Of a stretch of 64,000 nucleotides of DNA, positions 46,272 to 56,274 are shown in pieces. The notes beneath the pieces are model-generated. The model had not been told where the DNA came from, did not search any database, and saw only the letters and a list, made by a program, of their open reading frames with translations. Within the stretch, counting starts at the first letter, position 1, and every line of letters begins with the position of its first letter. A program made the translations under genes and the position numbers. The DNA comes from a virus. Location: positions 1 through 64,000 of the IMG/VR virus record IMGVR_UViG_3300042197_003344; one strand, written 5' to 3'.

Positions 46272-46545
46272 ACTTTAACAACCATTCTGTCAATGCTGGT
46301 CCCATAAATTTTGCTCTTATTACGTACTTATGTCCCATATCGGCAAAATCTGCCTGATGATAGTACACAGGAACTTCATAGGCATTTTTCATTACCCATT
46401 GTCCTCGTTCACTCTGTTGCCATTCCCATATAGGTTGGGCAGCGTATATTTCCGGATCGTCAACATCGCCTACTTTAAATTCATAAACAGTTACTCCGCG
46501 AATTTCTTCGACTCTGTCTCCTACGATTTTGTATTTTATGTCCAT
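46261..46545 (-). CDS. small protein, possible divergent member of the same family
   Basis: WEWQQSE...LTEWLLKYG. Confidence 0.65.
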   Translation of the reverse strand: MDIKYKIVGDRVEEIRGVTVYEFKVGDVDDPEIYAAQPIWEWQQSERGQWVMKNAYEVPVYYHQADFADMGHKYVIRAKFMGPALTEWLLKYGK

Positions 46546-46799
46546 TTTAATGTAAAGTTCACAGCGTCTCCTTTGTTTTCAAAAACAAAGGTGGTACCTC
46601 TATGCTCAAAAGGATGTTTGATATGTTCTTCGCACCACATCAAAATGTCTACAGAATGTTTGCGACTGAAGAATCTAGTAAGAACTACTTTCTTCCATCC
46701 TAGTTGTACCAGCATGTCTGATAGTATGTGAAAATCCATTTCACTCTGCATGCCACTGGCTAACTCATTGGCGATTTCTTCTTCTAGGTTTGCGGCCAT
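46536..46799 (-). CDS. small protein, WC...FxLRW paralogue family
   Basis: MWCEEH...DAVNFTLKWT. Confidence 0.7.
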   Translation of the reverse strand: MAANLEEEIANELASGMQSEMDFHILSDMLVQLGWKKVVLTRFFSRKHSVDILMWCEEHIKHPFEHRGTTFVFENKGDAVNFTLKWT

Positions 46800-46819
46800 A
46801 TTGATTTTTTAAAGTACTC

Positions 46820-47032
46820 TCACATCCACCTCAGTGCGAACATCACATGATCGTAATCATTGTTGAAGAAGAAGAATAGTCTAGGACCTACACTGTCATA
46901 GGTCCATCGCTTGTCTCCTACAAGTCCACGAGGATCTGGTTCGCTGTGTCCAAATCTCTGCACACACCATCGGACCATTTCTTTCTTGTGTTCTGCCTGT
47001 AGTTTGTCAAAGCTGATTTTAATCACATCCAC
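46820..47032 (-). CDS. small protein, WC...FxLRW paralogue family
   Basis: RWCVQRFG...DHVMFALRWM. Confidence 0.7.
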   Translation of the reverse strand: MDVIKISFDKLQAEHKKEMVRWCVQRFGHSEPDPRGLVGDKRWTYDSVGPRLFFFFNNDYDHVMFALRWM

Positions 47033-47262
47033 CTCAGAGAAAACAATAGATAATCTCGTTCTTCTTTAAACCAGAACTGGGTACTTCCAAACATTGAATC
47101 GACCCGCCAGCGATTATCACCTAAGACCAGAGAACATTGCCAACCACCGGTTCCGAGATTCTTTTGACACCAACGTATCATGTCCTCTTGTTCATGATAT
47201 CTGTCTTTGCCAAAAGAAACCTTAGTGATTAACTCCAGGTCCTGTGTGCTTCCGCTACCCAT
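47023..47262 (-). CDS. small protein, WC...FxLRW paralogue family
   Basis: RWCQKNLG...DYLLFSLRWM. Confidence 0.7.
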   Translation of the reverse strand: MGSGSTQDLELITKVSFGKDRYHEQEDMIRWCQKNLGTGGWQCSLVLGDNRWRVDSMFGSTQFWFKEERDYLLFSLRWM

Positions 47263-47555
47263 TCTGCACCATCATATTCTTGTATGATCCATTCAACATC
47301 ACCAGGGATCTCCACTATTTTAAGATTGGAATGGGGACCGTTGGCTCCCATTCCTAGTTGCTTGACGATTTTTACTAGATAGGGATCATCTCTAGCGATT
47401 TCCCTATCGTAAAATTCAGGATCGGTGATACAGGCCAAACGACGATACTCATCGATAGCTTTAGAACTTAATCCAAAGCCACCATAGCAGTCATTGATAA
47501 CCACAGAACGCACACCTGTTTTTAGATCTTCTAGAAACTTTTGTTTATCGTTCAT
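47229..47555 (-). CDS. hypothetical phage protein
   Basis: VVINDCYGGFGLS..RDDPYLV..EYDGAE. Confidence 0.75.
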   Translation of the reverse strand: MNDKQKFLEDLKTGVRSVVINDCYGGFGLSSKAIDEYRRLACITDPEFYDREIARDDPYLVKIVKQLGMGANGPHSNLKIVEIPGDVEWIIQEYDGAEWVAEAHRTWS

Positions 47556-48355
47556 ATTTCCACCGTTAAGTTAGGGTTCCAACCAGTATCCTCACTCCAC
47601 CCACTGGTCTGTTCATAGCCTCTGGGATTACAGATAACACGGCAATCACCGACTGAGTAGTCAAATGGATGATGTGTATGACCGTGCGTCCACAGTTTTA
47701 TCTGAGGATGATCTAACATTATGTCTGTGAGATCACTGTGATATGCACCGTTCATTACGTGATCACTTCTGTACATTTCGTGGCAGCTCTGATAAGAAGG
47801 AGTGTGGTGACCAACTACCACTACCTTTTTATCTGGATTTTCTTTTACTACCAGTTTTATATAATCTACGGTATCACGATGTCGTTTAGCAGTTTCTACA
47901 GGCTTTAATTTTGTATAGCCCAAGTTATCATCCGTGATAGCACGAAAATCGTTCATCATATCACGAACGGCGTGAAGTGTCAGAGGATCACCTTTGTTCA
48001 TATCTGTCCAAAGGGTTCCGCCAACAAAAACTACATCGTTGATGATTTTGGTATCTCTTTCTAAGAAATAGACATTATCGTGAACTGCGCAGGCAGCACG
48101 AAGCTTGTCTATACTCTTAGACCAATATCCGCCATAGAATTCGTGATTACCTGCGATATAAATCACGTGAGGGAACTGAAAACTTACTCTCTTTAAAAAG
48201 TCTCTAAAACGGATTCCAAGCTCACTTTCTGGCAGAAGAATTTTTTCAGCCAGCATAATATCACCGCCGAGTATTAAGACGTCAGCATTGTTTTCATTTT
48301 TTATGAAATAATCCGAAAACTCTAAATGCAGATCGGAAACAATTTGGATACGCAT
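47552..48355 (-). CDS. calcineurin-like metallophosphoesterase
   Basis: SDLHLE, GGDI, GNHE, HHTP, HGHTH. Confidence 0.9.
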   Translation of the reverse strand: MRIQIVSDLHLEFSDYFIKNENNADVLILGGDIMLAEKILLPESELGIRFRDFLKRVSFQFPHVIYIAGNHEFYGGYWSKSIDKLRAACAVHDNVYFLERDTKIINDVVFVGGTLWTDMNKGDPLTLHAVRDMMNDFRAITDDNLGYTKLKPVETAKRHRDTVDYIKLVVKENPDKKVVVVGHHTPSYQSCHEMYRSDHVMNGAYHSDLTDIMLDHPQIKLWTHGHTHHPFDYSVGDCRVICNPRGYEQTSGWSEDTGWNPNLTVEI

Positions 48356-48383
48356 AATTTCTCTTTCTTAGAAAAGTATGTAT

Positions 48384-48412
48384 ATTATAGCACCACTTAA
48401 TTGAAAAGTCAA
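48384..48412 (-). promoter_or_regulatory. sigma70-type promoter
   Basis: TTGACT-N17-TATAAT. Confidence 0.7.
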
Positions 48413-48450
48413 TCAGTTAAATACATGTATATAAACCCGGGGGCGAAACG

Positions 48451-48732
48451 ATGGGAGATTTTTTCAAACTGGTCGCAGAATTGGGCTTTCCAATCGCGGC
48501 TGCAATGGGGGCAGGATACTTTGTATTCCTAACGCTCAAATTTATTTTGGCTGGTGTTACATCTAGTGTAAAAGGTATGGCTGGTATTATTAACGCACTG
48601 GATAATCGAGTCAAAACCATGAATCACGATGTGATTCGCATCGACACAGTAGTTTCGAATGCATTAGGTCTTAGGCCCGATGTAGATCGTATTGCTCGTG
48701 CCGATGGAAAAAATGATGCTAGAAGAGACTGA
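48451..48732 (+). CDS. small membrane protein (GFPI-type), paralogue of 49482-49808
   Basis: LGFPIAAAMGAGYFVF...LDNRVKTMNHDVIRI. Confidence 0.7.
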   Translation: MGDFFKLVAELGFPIAAAMGAGYFVFLTLKFILAGVTSSVKGMAGIINALDNRVKTMNHDVIRIDTVVSNALGLRPDVDRIARADGKNDARRD

Positions 48733-48883
48733 TTATGGAAGCTGGTCTTCTATTTGAGTCTTTTTTGGTATTTTATCTCTTAGAGTGCTTGGTTTTGATT
48801 TTAGCAGCAGTGTATTATTACCACGAGCCTAAAACACAAACAAAAAAAGTTTGGGATCCGTGGGGATTTTTTAAGGAATAAAA

Positions 48884-49081
48884 ATGTTATATGTTGATTA
48901 TACCTGGGATTGTAGTGAAAGAGGAATCCTTCTTGATGAAGAATTTAACAGCGACAAGCTGGGCTGGAAAAGCGGAGATTATTTTCAGTTAATCAACATA
49001 AACGGAAGGCAGATATTAAGAAAAGTAGGAAATGTTCAGCAGTTCATACTAGAAGGAGCGGATAAAAATGAACAAGAATGA
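48884..49081 (+). CDS. hypothetical protein
   Basis: 65 aa, SD AGGA. Confidence 0.65.
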   Translation: MLYVDYTWDCSERGILLDEEFNSDKLGWKSGDYFQLININGRQILRKVGNVQQFILEGADKNEQE

Positions 49082-49268
49082 AGCCTGGTGGGATTCGTTA
49101 TCTCCACAGATGCAGAAGTATCTCAAAGAACAACCAATTTGGAGAGACAGAGATTTATATAAATCTCTAGTTATAGGAGTGGTCTTAGGATTTTTCGTTG
49201 GTCTCGTTGTAGGATACGAGTGGGCATGGAGACCGTTGGAACAATCTATTAGACCGTTGATCGGATAA
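49068..49268 (+). CDS. small membrane protein
   Basis: One TM segment; SD AGGAG. Confidence 0.65.
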   Translation: MNKNEAWWDSLSPQMQKYLKEQPIWRDRDLYKSLVIGVVLGFFVGLVVGYEWAWRPLEQSIRPLIG

Positions 49269-49471
49269 TGGATTCTACTTTAATACTATTTGGATTGACC
49301 TATACCGTGGCCGTGATAGCATTATTGTTTGCCATTTATTCTTTTCTAACTTTGAGAGAAGTAGAAAGAGAATTGAATGATTCTAAAAAACGACAGACAA
49401 TGAGTGCATGGAATTATTATCACGACAAAGCGGAAAAAGTATCAAAGCCATCACCTTTCAAAAATTTATAA
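49268..49471 (+). CDS. small membrane protein
   Basis: N-terminal TM segment; TAATG coupling. Confidence 0.6.
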   Translation: MDSTLILFGLTYTVAVIALLFAIYSFLTLREVERELNDSKKRQTMSAWNYYHDKAEKVSKPSPFKNL

Positions 49472-49481
49472 GGGGAAATAA

Positions 49482-49808
49482 ATGGATCCAGTAGAATTAG
49501 TCAACAAATATGGTTTTCCCATAGTCGCCGCAGGCGGCATGGGATATCTCATCTTTTACGTATGGGAATGGGCCACAAAGGAAGTTAAACCAGTACTCAG
49601 CGAAGCAAATACAACTCTAATAGCCCTGATCGATCGTATCCGTATGTTAGACAATGATCTTATTCGATTACAACAAAAAGTTAATACAACACTACATCTA
49701 CGTGGTAAAATTATTGAAAGTGAGCGTGTTTTAGAACAGGTCAAAGTCGACAACGAAGCCAATAAAAAATTCGACGAAGCTGCTCACATAGATGACAAAA
49801 AAGTCTAA
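49482..49808 (+). CDS. small membrane protein (GFPI-type)
   Basis: YGFPIVAAGGMGYLIF...LIDRIRMLDNDLIRL. Confidence 0.7.
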   Translation: MDPVELVNKYGFPIVAAGGMGYLIFYVWEWATKEVKPVLSEANTTLIALIDRIRMLDNDLIRLQQKVNTTLHLRGKIIESERVLEQVKVDNEANKKFDEAAHIDDKKV

Positions 49809-50527
49809 TAACTGCTGGCCAACTTATAGGCTTCGGGAATTCGAGTCTTAGTATTTTTACTATTCAATAGGACGACAATACGTCGTCCTATTTTTGTATC
49901 CAGCATCATTACAATACATCCGCCCGATGCTCTGATATAACCTGTCTTGCTGATAATAAAATCTTTATGTGCCACTAACGGATTGGTATTTTTGAAAACC
50001 AGATACTTTTTCTTCTTGTAAGGAATCTTCACCACAGACATGTTACTGGCCGCTACTATTTCTTCGTAGTGTTCTGCAGCCTTGACTAATTTTATTAGAT
50101 CGTAGGCTGTACTAGAATTCATTACCCCCAATCCTGTAGGATCAACAAAACTGGTATCTAACATGCCGAGATACTTTGCTTTGGCATTCATAGCGTTCAC
50201 ACAGGCAGTACGTCCTCCGTGATAATGGTTACATAATGCTTCGGAAGCTCTGTTATCGGAATGCACTATGGCTAACTGTATCAATTCTTTTCTCGTATAG
50301 GGTTTGAAGAATTGATCCAAATCCTGTTTGGCATCTAAAATTACCATAACAGTCATTAATTTGGTTATGCTGGCGATACTACGACGCTCGTGCATGTTTT
50401 CACTTTGAATGATATCCCCATCGCCGTTGGCCACTAGCCATGCGGTAGCTGTAATATCTTTGGCCTGAGTGCTGAAAGACAGCGATACTAATAAAATAAA
50501 AGAAAAAAATCTCAACATGGTTTGCAA
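49805..50527 (-). CDS. serine D-Ala-D-Ala peptidase (S11, PBP7-like)
   Basis: Signal peptide; SITK, SDN, KTG motifs. Confidence 0.9.
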   Translation of the reverse strand: MQTMLRFFSFILLVSLSFSTQAKDITATAWLVANGDGDIIQSENMHERRSIASITKLMTVMVILDAKQDLDQFFKPYTRKELIQLAIVHSDNRASEALCNHYHGGRTACVNAMNAKAKYLGMLDTSFVDPTGLGVMNSSTAYDLIKLVKAAEHYEEIVAASNMSVVKIPYKKKKYLVFKNTNPLVAHKDFIISKTGYIRASGGCIVMMLDTKIGRRIVVLLNSKNTKTRIPEAYKLASSY

Positions 50528-50678
50528 ATATTAAAAGACTTAATACCATTTAGGCTAAAAGTTTGTATAAACTTAGCCATATCGTCGTTGACGCTGATCA
50601 TCTGTGCCGGGGCCATGAACTAATATTGTAGCATCAGCCACACAGAATAGTCAATCCACCAATCTAGAGGAGTATATA

Positions 50679-52739
50679 TCATTTTTCGTGAGCGATAAAT
50701 TCGCCATTCCAGTCAGGACCTAGATCTTGCTGTTTCATAAAGTCACAGCGTTCAATCCACATCTTGTAATACTTGTCCATCTGGCCGTCGAAGGAACCTT
50801 TTAATTCTCCGCAGAGAATTTTAGCCGCATCAAATTGTTTTTCTTTGTATAGTTGATGCATCTTATTGTGTGTTTCCAGTGACTTATAGTAGGCTGTTTC
50901 ATTGCCTCTGATTCTTAGCACAGTGTAGATGCTGTCCGCTACTGTCTTGCCTTTTGGTTGTAGGTTATCCAAGTATAGGTAGAAGAAATCGTTGGCTGTT
51001 CTATTGTATGTTTCTGCTCCGATGATGGCCAACACACCATAGGCCTTACAACGTGCTTCTAGTCGTGCAGCAGTTGAAACCATATCGCCTAAGATATCAT
51101 ATCCGTGCCTAGCAGTCGAACCCATCTCACCAATATATCCATCACCGGTATTGCAACCCCAGCCCATCGCGGCAGGAGGTAAGCCTAGTGCTTCTTTTTC
51201 TTTAGTAAACGTCTGCACAGCATCTAACATTTCTAAACCAACTTTGACGATAGTATGAGCATGATTGGGATCATCCAACGGAGCACCATGCATGTGCATA
51301 CTAGCATCGCCTACATACTTGATGACCATACCGTTGGCATTGATGATAGGAATAGTAATAGCATCCATGTAGCCGTTCATATATTTGGCTAGTCCTTCTG
51401 GTCCACCATTACCTGGTTTATCAAAGTGTTCCCCAATTGGGGTGAATCCACGTAGATCGCTGAACATAACTGATACATCTTTTTTAACACCTTTCTTGAT
51501 TAAATCTGGATTCTCTTGTAACAGTCTCACGACTTCTGGAGAACAATAGCCAGCGAACTGTTTCTTTATGGCCTGCTTCTGTAAGAACTCTGAGACGAAC
51601 TTGATACCGTAGGCATGCAGAGCGACCAAGAGTAGGCCAACTGCAGGGGCAGTAGCGTCAAGTAACCATAGATTGAAATCGAACATAAGCCAACTGCCAA
51701 CAGCACTACCAGCCACGATAATAATCGTTGTTGCCAAACCTGCATACACATACCTCGTTAAGAAAATTAATAATACACCCGCCACTGCCAGTATTAAAAT
51801 TTCAAGACCATCTGCATAGTCGGGTCTTTGTATAGTAACACCGTTAAACATAGTACCTAGCACAGCGGCCTGTACTTCGTGCGGCCAAACACTACCCACT
51901 GCTGTGGGCACAGGATTACCTAACCCTGCTGCTGCTACTCCCACTATTACCACAGCACCCCCAAAATCTTTTGGTAGTTCTGTCATCGACACACTTTTAG
52001 ATTGTTGGCTCCAGTCAATCCACACACGACCTAGATTGTCTGTGCTGATAGGACCAAACTTGGGTATACGCATTTTTTCTACGCCGTTGTCGTTCAATTT
52101 AATTTGAACAGTTGAATCCTGTGCCGCCACACGCAGAGCTTCCATGGCCAAGCTAGGATATATCTTACCGTCTACAGCTACCAATAAAGGCATCCTACGA
52201 TTAACACCATCCACTTCTGGTAGAGTATTGACTACGCCCACGCCAGCAGCCTTTTGTTCTATGCTAGCGATATTGGCCATGATACCAGGATATTGAATTA
52301 TTCTATCCTGATAGTCTGATCCTATGACTGCGGTTCCTGGTTGCTTTGCTTCGTTTTTATTTCTATCCGCAGGCATATTAGGCAGTATCACAGGGTACCT
52401 AGACAGTGTGTCTGCTAGAGCTCGATCTCCGCCTTGTCTATCCTTTTCTGTCATCAGCACATTGAAAACCACTAGCCCAGCATTTCTTAGATAAAGATTT
52501 TCTATAAGTGCTGCATATATTTCACGGTTAAATGGCCATTGTCCGTATTTGTCTAGAGCATTTTCATCTATGTTTACCGTGACAATGTTATTTTCTGTGG
52601 GAATTTTGTTGACTATGAGTGTGTCAAAATATCTTAATCTTATACTTTCTACAAAGACAGGATCGGCTATTCTTATACTTACTATAAGTGCCAATGTTAT
52701 AATAGCAGTCCAAGGACTTAAGAGTATTTTTTTCATCAT
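50679..52739 (-). CDS. CHASE2-domain class III adenylate cyclase
   Basis: GQWPFNR CHASE2, TM helices, MFSDLRGFT, KYVGD, YDILGD..AARLE. Confidence 0.9.
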   Translation of the reverse strand: MMKKILLSPWTAIITLALIVSIRIADPVFVESIRLRYFDTLIVNKIPTENNIVTVNIDENALDKYGQWPFNREIYAALIENLYLRNAGLVVFNVLMTEKDRQGGDRALADTLSRYPVILPNMPADRNKNEAKQPGTAVIGSDYQDRIIQYPGIMANIASIEQKAAGVGVVNTLPEVDGVNRRMPLLVAVDGKIYPSLAMEALRVAAQDSTVQIKLNDNGVEKMRIPKFGPISTDNLGRVWIDWSQQSKSVSMTELPKDFGGAVVIVGVAAAGLGNPVPTAVGSVWPHEVQAAVLGTMFNGVTIQRPDYADGLEILILAVAGVLLIFLTRYVYAGLATTIIIVAGSAVGSWLMFDFNLWLLDATAPAVGLLLVALHAYGIKFVSEFLQKQAIKKQFAGYCSPEVVRLLQENPDLIKKGVKKDVSVMFSDLRGFTPIGEHFDKPGNGGPEGLAKYMNGYMDAITIPIINANGMVIKYVGDASMHMHGAPLDDPNHAHTIVKVGLEMLDAVQTFTKEKEALGLPPAAMGWGCNTGDGYIGEMGSTARHGYDILGDMVSTAARLEARCKAYGVLAIIGAETYNRTANDFFYLYLDNLQPKGKTVADSIYTVLRIRGNETAYYKSLETHNKMHQLYKEKQFDAAKILCGELKGSFDGQMDKYYKMWIERCDFMKQQDLGPDWNGEFIAHEK

Positions 52740-52775
52740 TGAGTATTTAACTAACTATTTGAGGTGATTAGCTAG

Positions 52776-53069
52776 TTAAATCTTCTCAAAAATAAATTTA
52801 GAATTGTTGCCCACTCCAAGGATACAGGCAAACTCTTTATTACTTTTTAAAAGAGTCCAGCTGTTGCCCTTGAGATCAACCCATAGACTGTATACTGAGC
52901 CGTCATTATCGTGGTTTCCGGCCCAACTTAGTTTTTCTTGATAATTTTTATTTAGACTCTCTATCACTGTTTGTGTGGAATCACACAATACAGGGTAATC
53001 ATATCTAAATTGAGCGTTGGCTATAGAGCTAGTTAGGCAGAATAGGAACGCCACGGAATACAGACGCAT
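52776..53069 (-). CDS. secreted hypothetical protein
   Basis: Signal peptide and Cys pair. Confidence 0.7.
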   Translation of the reverse strand: MRLYSVAFLFCLTSSIANAQFRYDYPVLCDSTQTVIESLNKNYQEKLSWAGNHDNDGSVYSLWVDLKGNSWTLLKSNKEFACILGVGNNSKFIFEKI

Positions 53070-53087
53070 GGCATACTCCTTAAAACA

Positions 53088-53339
53088 CTATTTATTTTTG
53101 AATCTGTCTTTGATCAACATACCTGCATATGTTCCTGAAAATGCCCCCATCAGTGCAGGTATAAGAGCCATGTTATCTTGTGTATAATTTATTACAGCAA
53201 CACTGGCAGTGAATGTTACAAATGCTGACCAGAAACTGGCAGTTAGCGGTTTGTTGTTTTGAATAGAATTCACAAAACATACATAGATTATATCTGTTAC
53301 AAAAATTGCAAGAAACGTGATCAGATAAGTCAGCATCAA
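53088..53339 (-). CDS. small membrane protein
   Basis: Three hydrophobic segments. Confidence 0.65.
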   Translation of the reverse strand: MMLTYLITFLAIFVTDIIYVCFVNSIQNNKPLTASFWSAFVTFTASVAVINYTQDNMALIPALMGAFSGTYAGMLIKDRFKNK

Positions 53340-53512
53340 TTTTGTTGCTTATCCTGCTTTTCTGTCTGTACCTGTGGAACAGGTTCGGGAGGCCATACTC
53401 GGTCCTTGATATAACTAGCACCAAACCAACCCCAGGCAGAAAAGAATCCCCACATCATTATTTCTAATATCATAGCTTGTCCTTAAAAAAACACAGCTAT
53501 TTAGTGAGAGAA

Positions 53513-55192
53513 TTATTGCCCCTGTGTTACAGTGATTGCAGCGCAGCTGATCTGGGCGCAGTTGTAATTGATTGAATAATGCTGCTGAGTGCTACCAGAT
53601 TGTGATGTTGTGATAGAAGTAGTTCCGCCACTTAGTGTTATATTGGCCATGTGTGCAGCACTTCCGCTCTGTGTTAGATTGACAGTTTTATTTCCGCCGC
53701 TTAGATTAATTTCTGAATAGTGATTACCGCTGCCGCTTTGATTTATAGTTAGACTATTAGCTGTATTATCGATAGTAGCCATTATTCCTTTGGTACCTCC
53801 GGTACTGCTCTGTGTAAGATTTACAGTATTAGAACTGCCTATAACATCTAGTTCTATATAGTTTGTAGCACTGGCACTGGTACTGGTTTGTGTAGTATTG
53901 GTTGTATTATTGCTTCCGCTGACATAAATTTCACTATAGTTATTTTTTGTTCCGCTTTGTATAACCGTAGCAGAATTATTGTTACCTATTTGTGTAATGA
54001 TAACCTTAGTATCCTGTAGTGGTCTGTTCTGGAATGTTGTAACTCTATTAGTAAATTGTGTGTCAGCATTAAACGGTGCATTAGTTCCACCGCAGCAGAA
54101 ACTGCCGGGATTAGACACTGAGCCGGAACCTGCGTCTGCAGATGTCGTTGCATTATTATAGTCATAGTAAAAAGTTATTTCTGCTATCTGCATCGAGTCG
54201 CAGTTTAATCCGCAACCATCTCCTGCTTTGGTTGTAGGGAAGAATATGTAGTAATAGATATATGATGTAGAATTGGTCACGGTGATCATTGCGCTGGTAT
54301 TATATCTACTGTCGCTGAGATTTAGATTACCGTCTTGTATCAGCGTCCAAGTAGTACCATTATTACTACCATATAATTTGTAACTGGTAGGATCTCTACC
54401 TGGAAAATCGTTGGCGGTGGTTAAAGTAAATCCTGTGACAATACGACCCTCATTTAATTTCACAGTCACTCCAGCATTGTACTTGTCAAAGTTTAGATAT
54501 TTGGTATAGGGGTTGTTGTCAAATGCGTTAGCGGCACCTTCGCCTGCAGGACTATTATTACTGGTAGGATAATGATTGGTGATCCAAACATTACTGCTGT
54601 TGTTGTAGATGGCAGTGGGCACAGGGCTAGGAGTAGAATTGCTGGGCGTTTGTGTGGCAGTTTGACCCTGACTTAGTGGTACAGTTGAGTAATTGGCATC
54701 AGCATAGGTGTTGGCCTGCGCTGTGGTGGGATTCAATGTGCCGGTCCAAGATACACCGGCTGTGTTGTTCATACCTGAACTGCCACTAAAAAGTTGACCG
54801 GTGTCGTTGTCGCTGCCTACGAAAAAGAAATAATCAGGACCCATATTGACGATTTTACCTAGGCCAATGGTTCCAGCCACACTTCCGTCGCTGTTGTAGA
54901 CTTTGCCTTCATAGGGAAAACTGGCATTGCCAGAAAGACTGAATTTCACATACTGTCCTGCTTGCCACGACCATTGTCCACTGGTCCAGGGTATCTTATA
55001 CATCACACCTGGATTCTTACTGTAGATCTGGCAGGTCGTGGTGTTCAAACAAGCACTTACATTCCATTGACTATCTGCTATCTGGTATCGACCAAATTGT
55101 ATATCTGTAAGAGCAGCCCAAGTCTTAGGGCTGAGAAGTATCAAAAGAAATAAGATGATGGCTGCATCAAGCCAAAGTTTAAATTTGTTCAT
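53513..55192 (-). CDS. secreted protein with discoidin-like domain and C-terminal curlin-like repeats
   Basis: Signal peptide; NAFD..TK, RDP.SY.LYGSN; Q.G.NN.A...Q repeats. Confidence 0.75.
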   Translation of the reverse strand: MNKFKLWLDAAIILFLLILLSPKTWAALTDIQFGRYQIADSQWNVSACLNTTTCQIYSKNPGVMYKIPWTSGQWSWQAGQYVKFSLSGNASFPYEGKVYNSDGSVAGTIGLGKIVNMGPDYFFFVGSDNDTGQLFSGSSGMNNTAGVSWTGTLNPTTAQANTYADANYSTVPLSQGQTATQTPSNSTPSPVPTAIYNNSSNVWITNHYPTSNNSPAGEGAANAFDNNPYTKYLNFDKYNAGVTVKLNEGRIVTGFTLTTANDFPGRDPTSYKLYGSNNGTTWTLIQDGNLNLSDSRYNTSAMITVTNSTSYIYYYIFFPTTKAGDGCGLNCDSMQIAEITFYYDYNNATTSADAGSGSVSNPGSFCCGGTNAPFNADTQFTNRVTTFQNRPLQDTKVIITQIGNNNSATVIQSGTKNNYSEIYVSGSNNTTNTTQTSTSASATNYIELDVIGSSNTVNLTQSSTGGTKGIMATIDNTANSLTINQSGSGNHYSEINLSGGNKTVNLTQSGSAAHMANITLSGGTTSITTSQSGSTQQHYSINYNCAQISCAAITVTQGQ

Positions 55193-56274
55193 CGGTTCCA
55201 GATCCTTACTGTTACTTTGTTAGATCCATCGCCTACTGTTTTAGTCTCAATATCGTTAGAATTAATAGAAATACTATAGGTAGTGTTGTCCATCTTTTCA
55301 CCACTTCTAATTACTATTGTATTGCCTCGATCGTCGTCTTTTCTATAATACCAATTTAGACCTTTTTCGTTGCCGCAGTCATTAAAAGGCCAACAGGGAT
55401 TAGACCTAGGGTCGCCTAATGCTCCGTTGGCTCCTGCGTTCAAACCTATTAACTTTGTTTCTTCATGGGCCTGTGCTAGTCTAGAGACCGCATTTTTATC
55501 ACTACTTTCTCTAGAGGTTTTCTTTTCATCATCATTGGTTCTGCTTTTATCCTTGTCTCGATCTTTTTTATCATCTCTTTCTGTTTCAGATTTTAGAATA
55601 GATTCGGGTTTTTTCAAGTTGCTGTCATTGCTTACAACTGCAGGATCAACCTTTACAGGTGGGAGTGGAGGTTGTTGCGCATCAGTAACATAAGTAGCGG
55701 TGTAGGCTTCTCTCAGCGATACGCTTCCTCCAAGAGTTTCAACTTCAATTGCACCCACAGTGCAATTTCCGGATATTTGTGTATGAGTTACTAATCTAGA
55801 TTCATCATCGCAACTAGGAAGTAAAACTACAAGACTTCTTCCTACTTCATCTACGGTCATGGCAAAATCGGTTCCTCTTACGGCAATAGATGCCGTAGGA
55901 GTTTTGATGTTAACATTTTGTGGATTATTTTTTGCTACCTGACCGCTGGCATACCTAACTGTACCTAGAGCAACTTTCATTCCTAGTTTTCCAGCGTCTT
56001 TGATATTTGGATCAAAGACAAAATCATCTATAACTAATCTTGAGTTTTCTGTGATTTTTACTTTGGTATTATCTATAAATGTAATGCCTGTGCTAGTTTT
56101 TGAACCAACTATAACAGTATCCATCGATTCAACGATGCTTTTATCTTGTGCTTTGATTGATTGATTTTTTCTTTTTATTTCAATGGCTGTGCCCTGGAGT
56201 TCAGTCAAATTTCCTATGTTTGCTTGAACTCCAGTGCAAAATAACATGCTGACAAGCAGCCATACCGTTTTCAT
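55189..56274 (-). CDS. FecR-domain periplasmic protein
   Basis: Signal peptide; IKTPTASIAVRGTDF. Confidence 0.85.
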   Translation of the reverse strand: MKTVWLLVSMLFCTGVQANIGNLTELQGTAIEIKRKNQSIKAQDKSIVESMDTVIVGSKTSTGITFIDNTKVKITENSRLVIDDFVFDPNIKDAGKLGMKVALGTVRYASGQVAKNNPQNVNIKTPTASIAVRGTDFAMTVDEVGRSLVVLLPSCDDESRLVTHTQISGNCTVGAIEVETLGGSVSLREAYTATYVTDAQQPPLPPVKVDPAVVSNDSNLKKPESILKSETERDDKKDRDKDKSRTNDDEKKTSRESSDKNAVSRLAQAHEETKLIGLNAGANGALGDPRSNPCWPFNDCGNEKGLNWYYRKDDDRGNTIVIRSGEKMDNTTYSISINSNDIETKTVGDGSNKVTVRIWNR

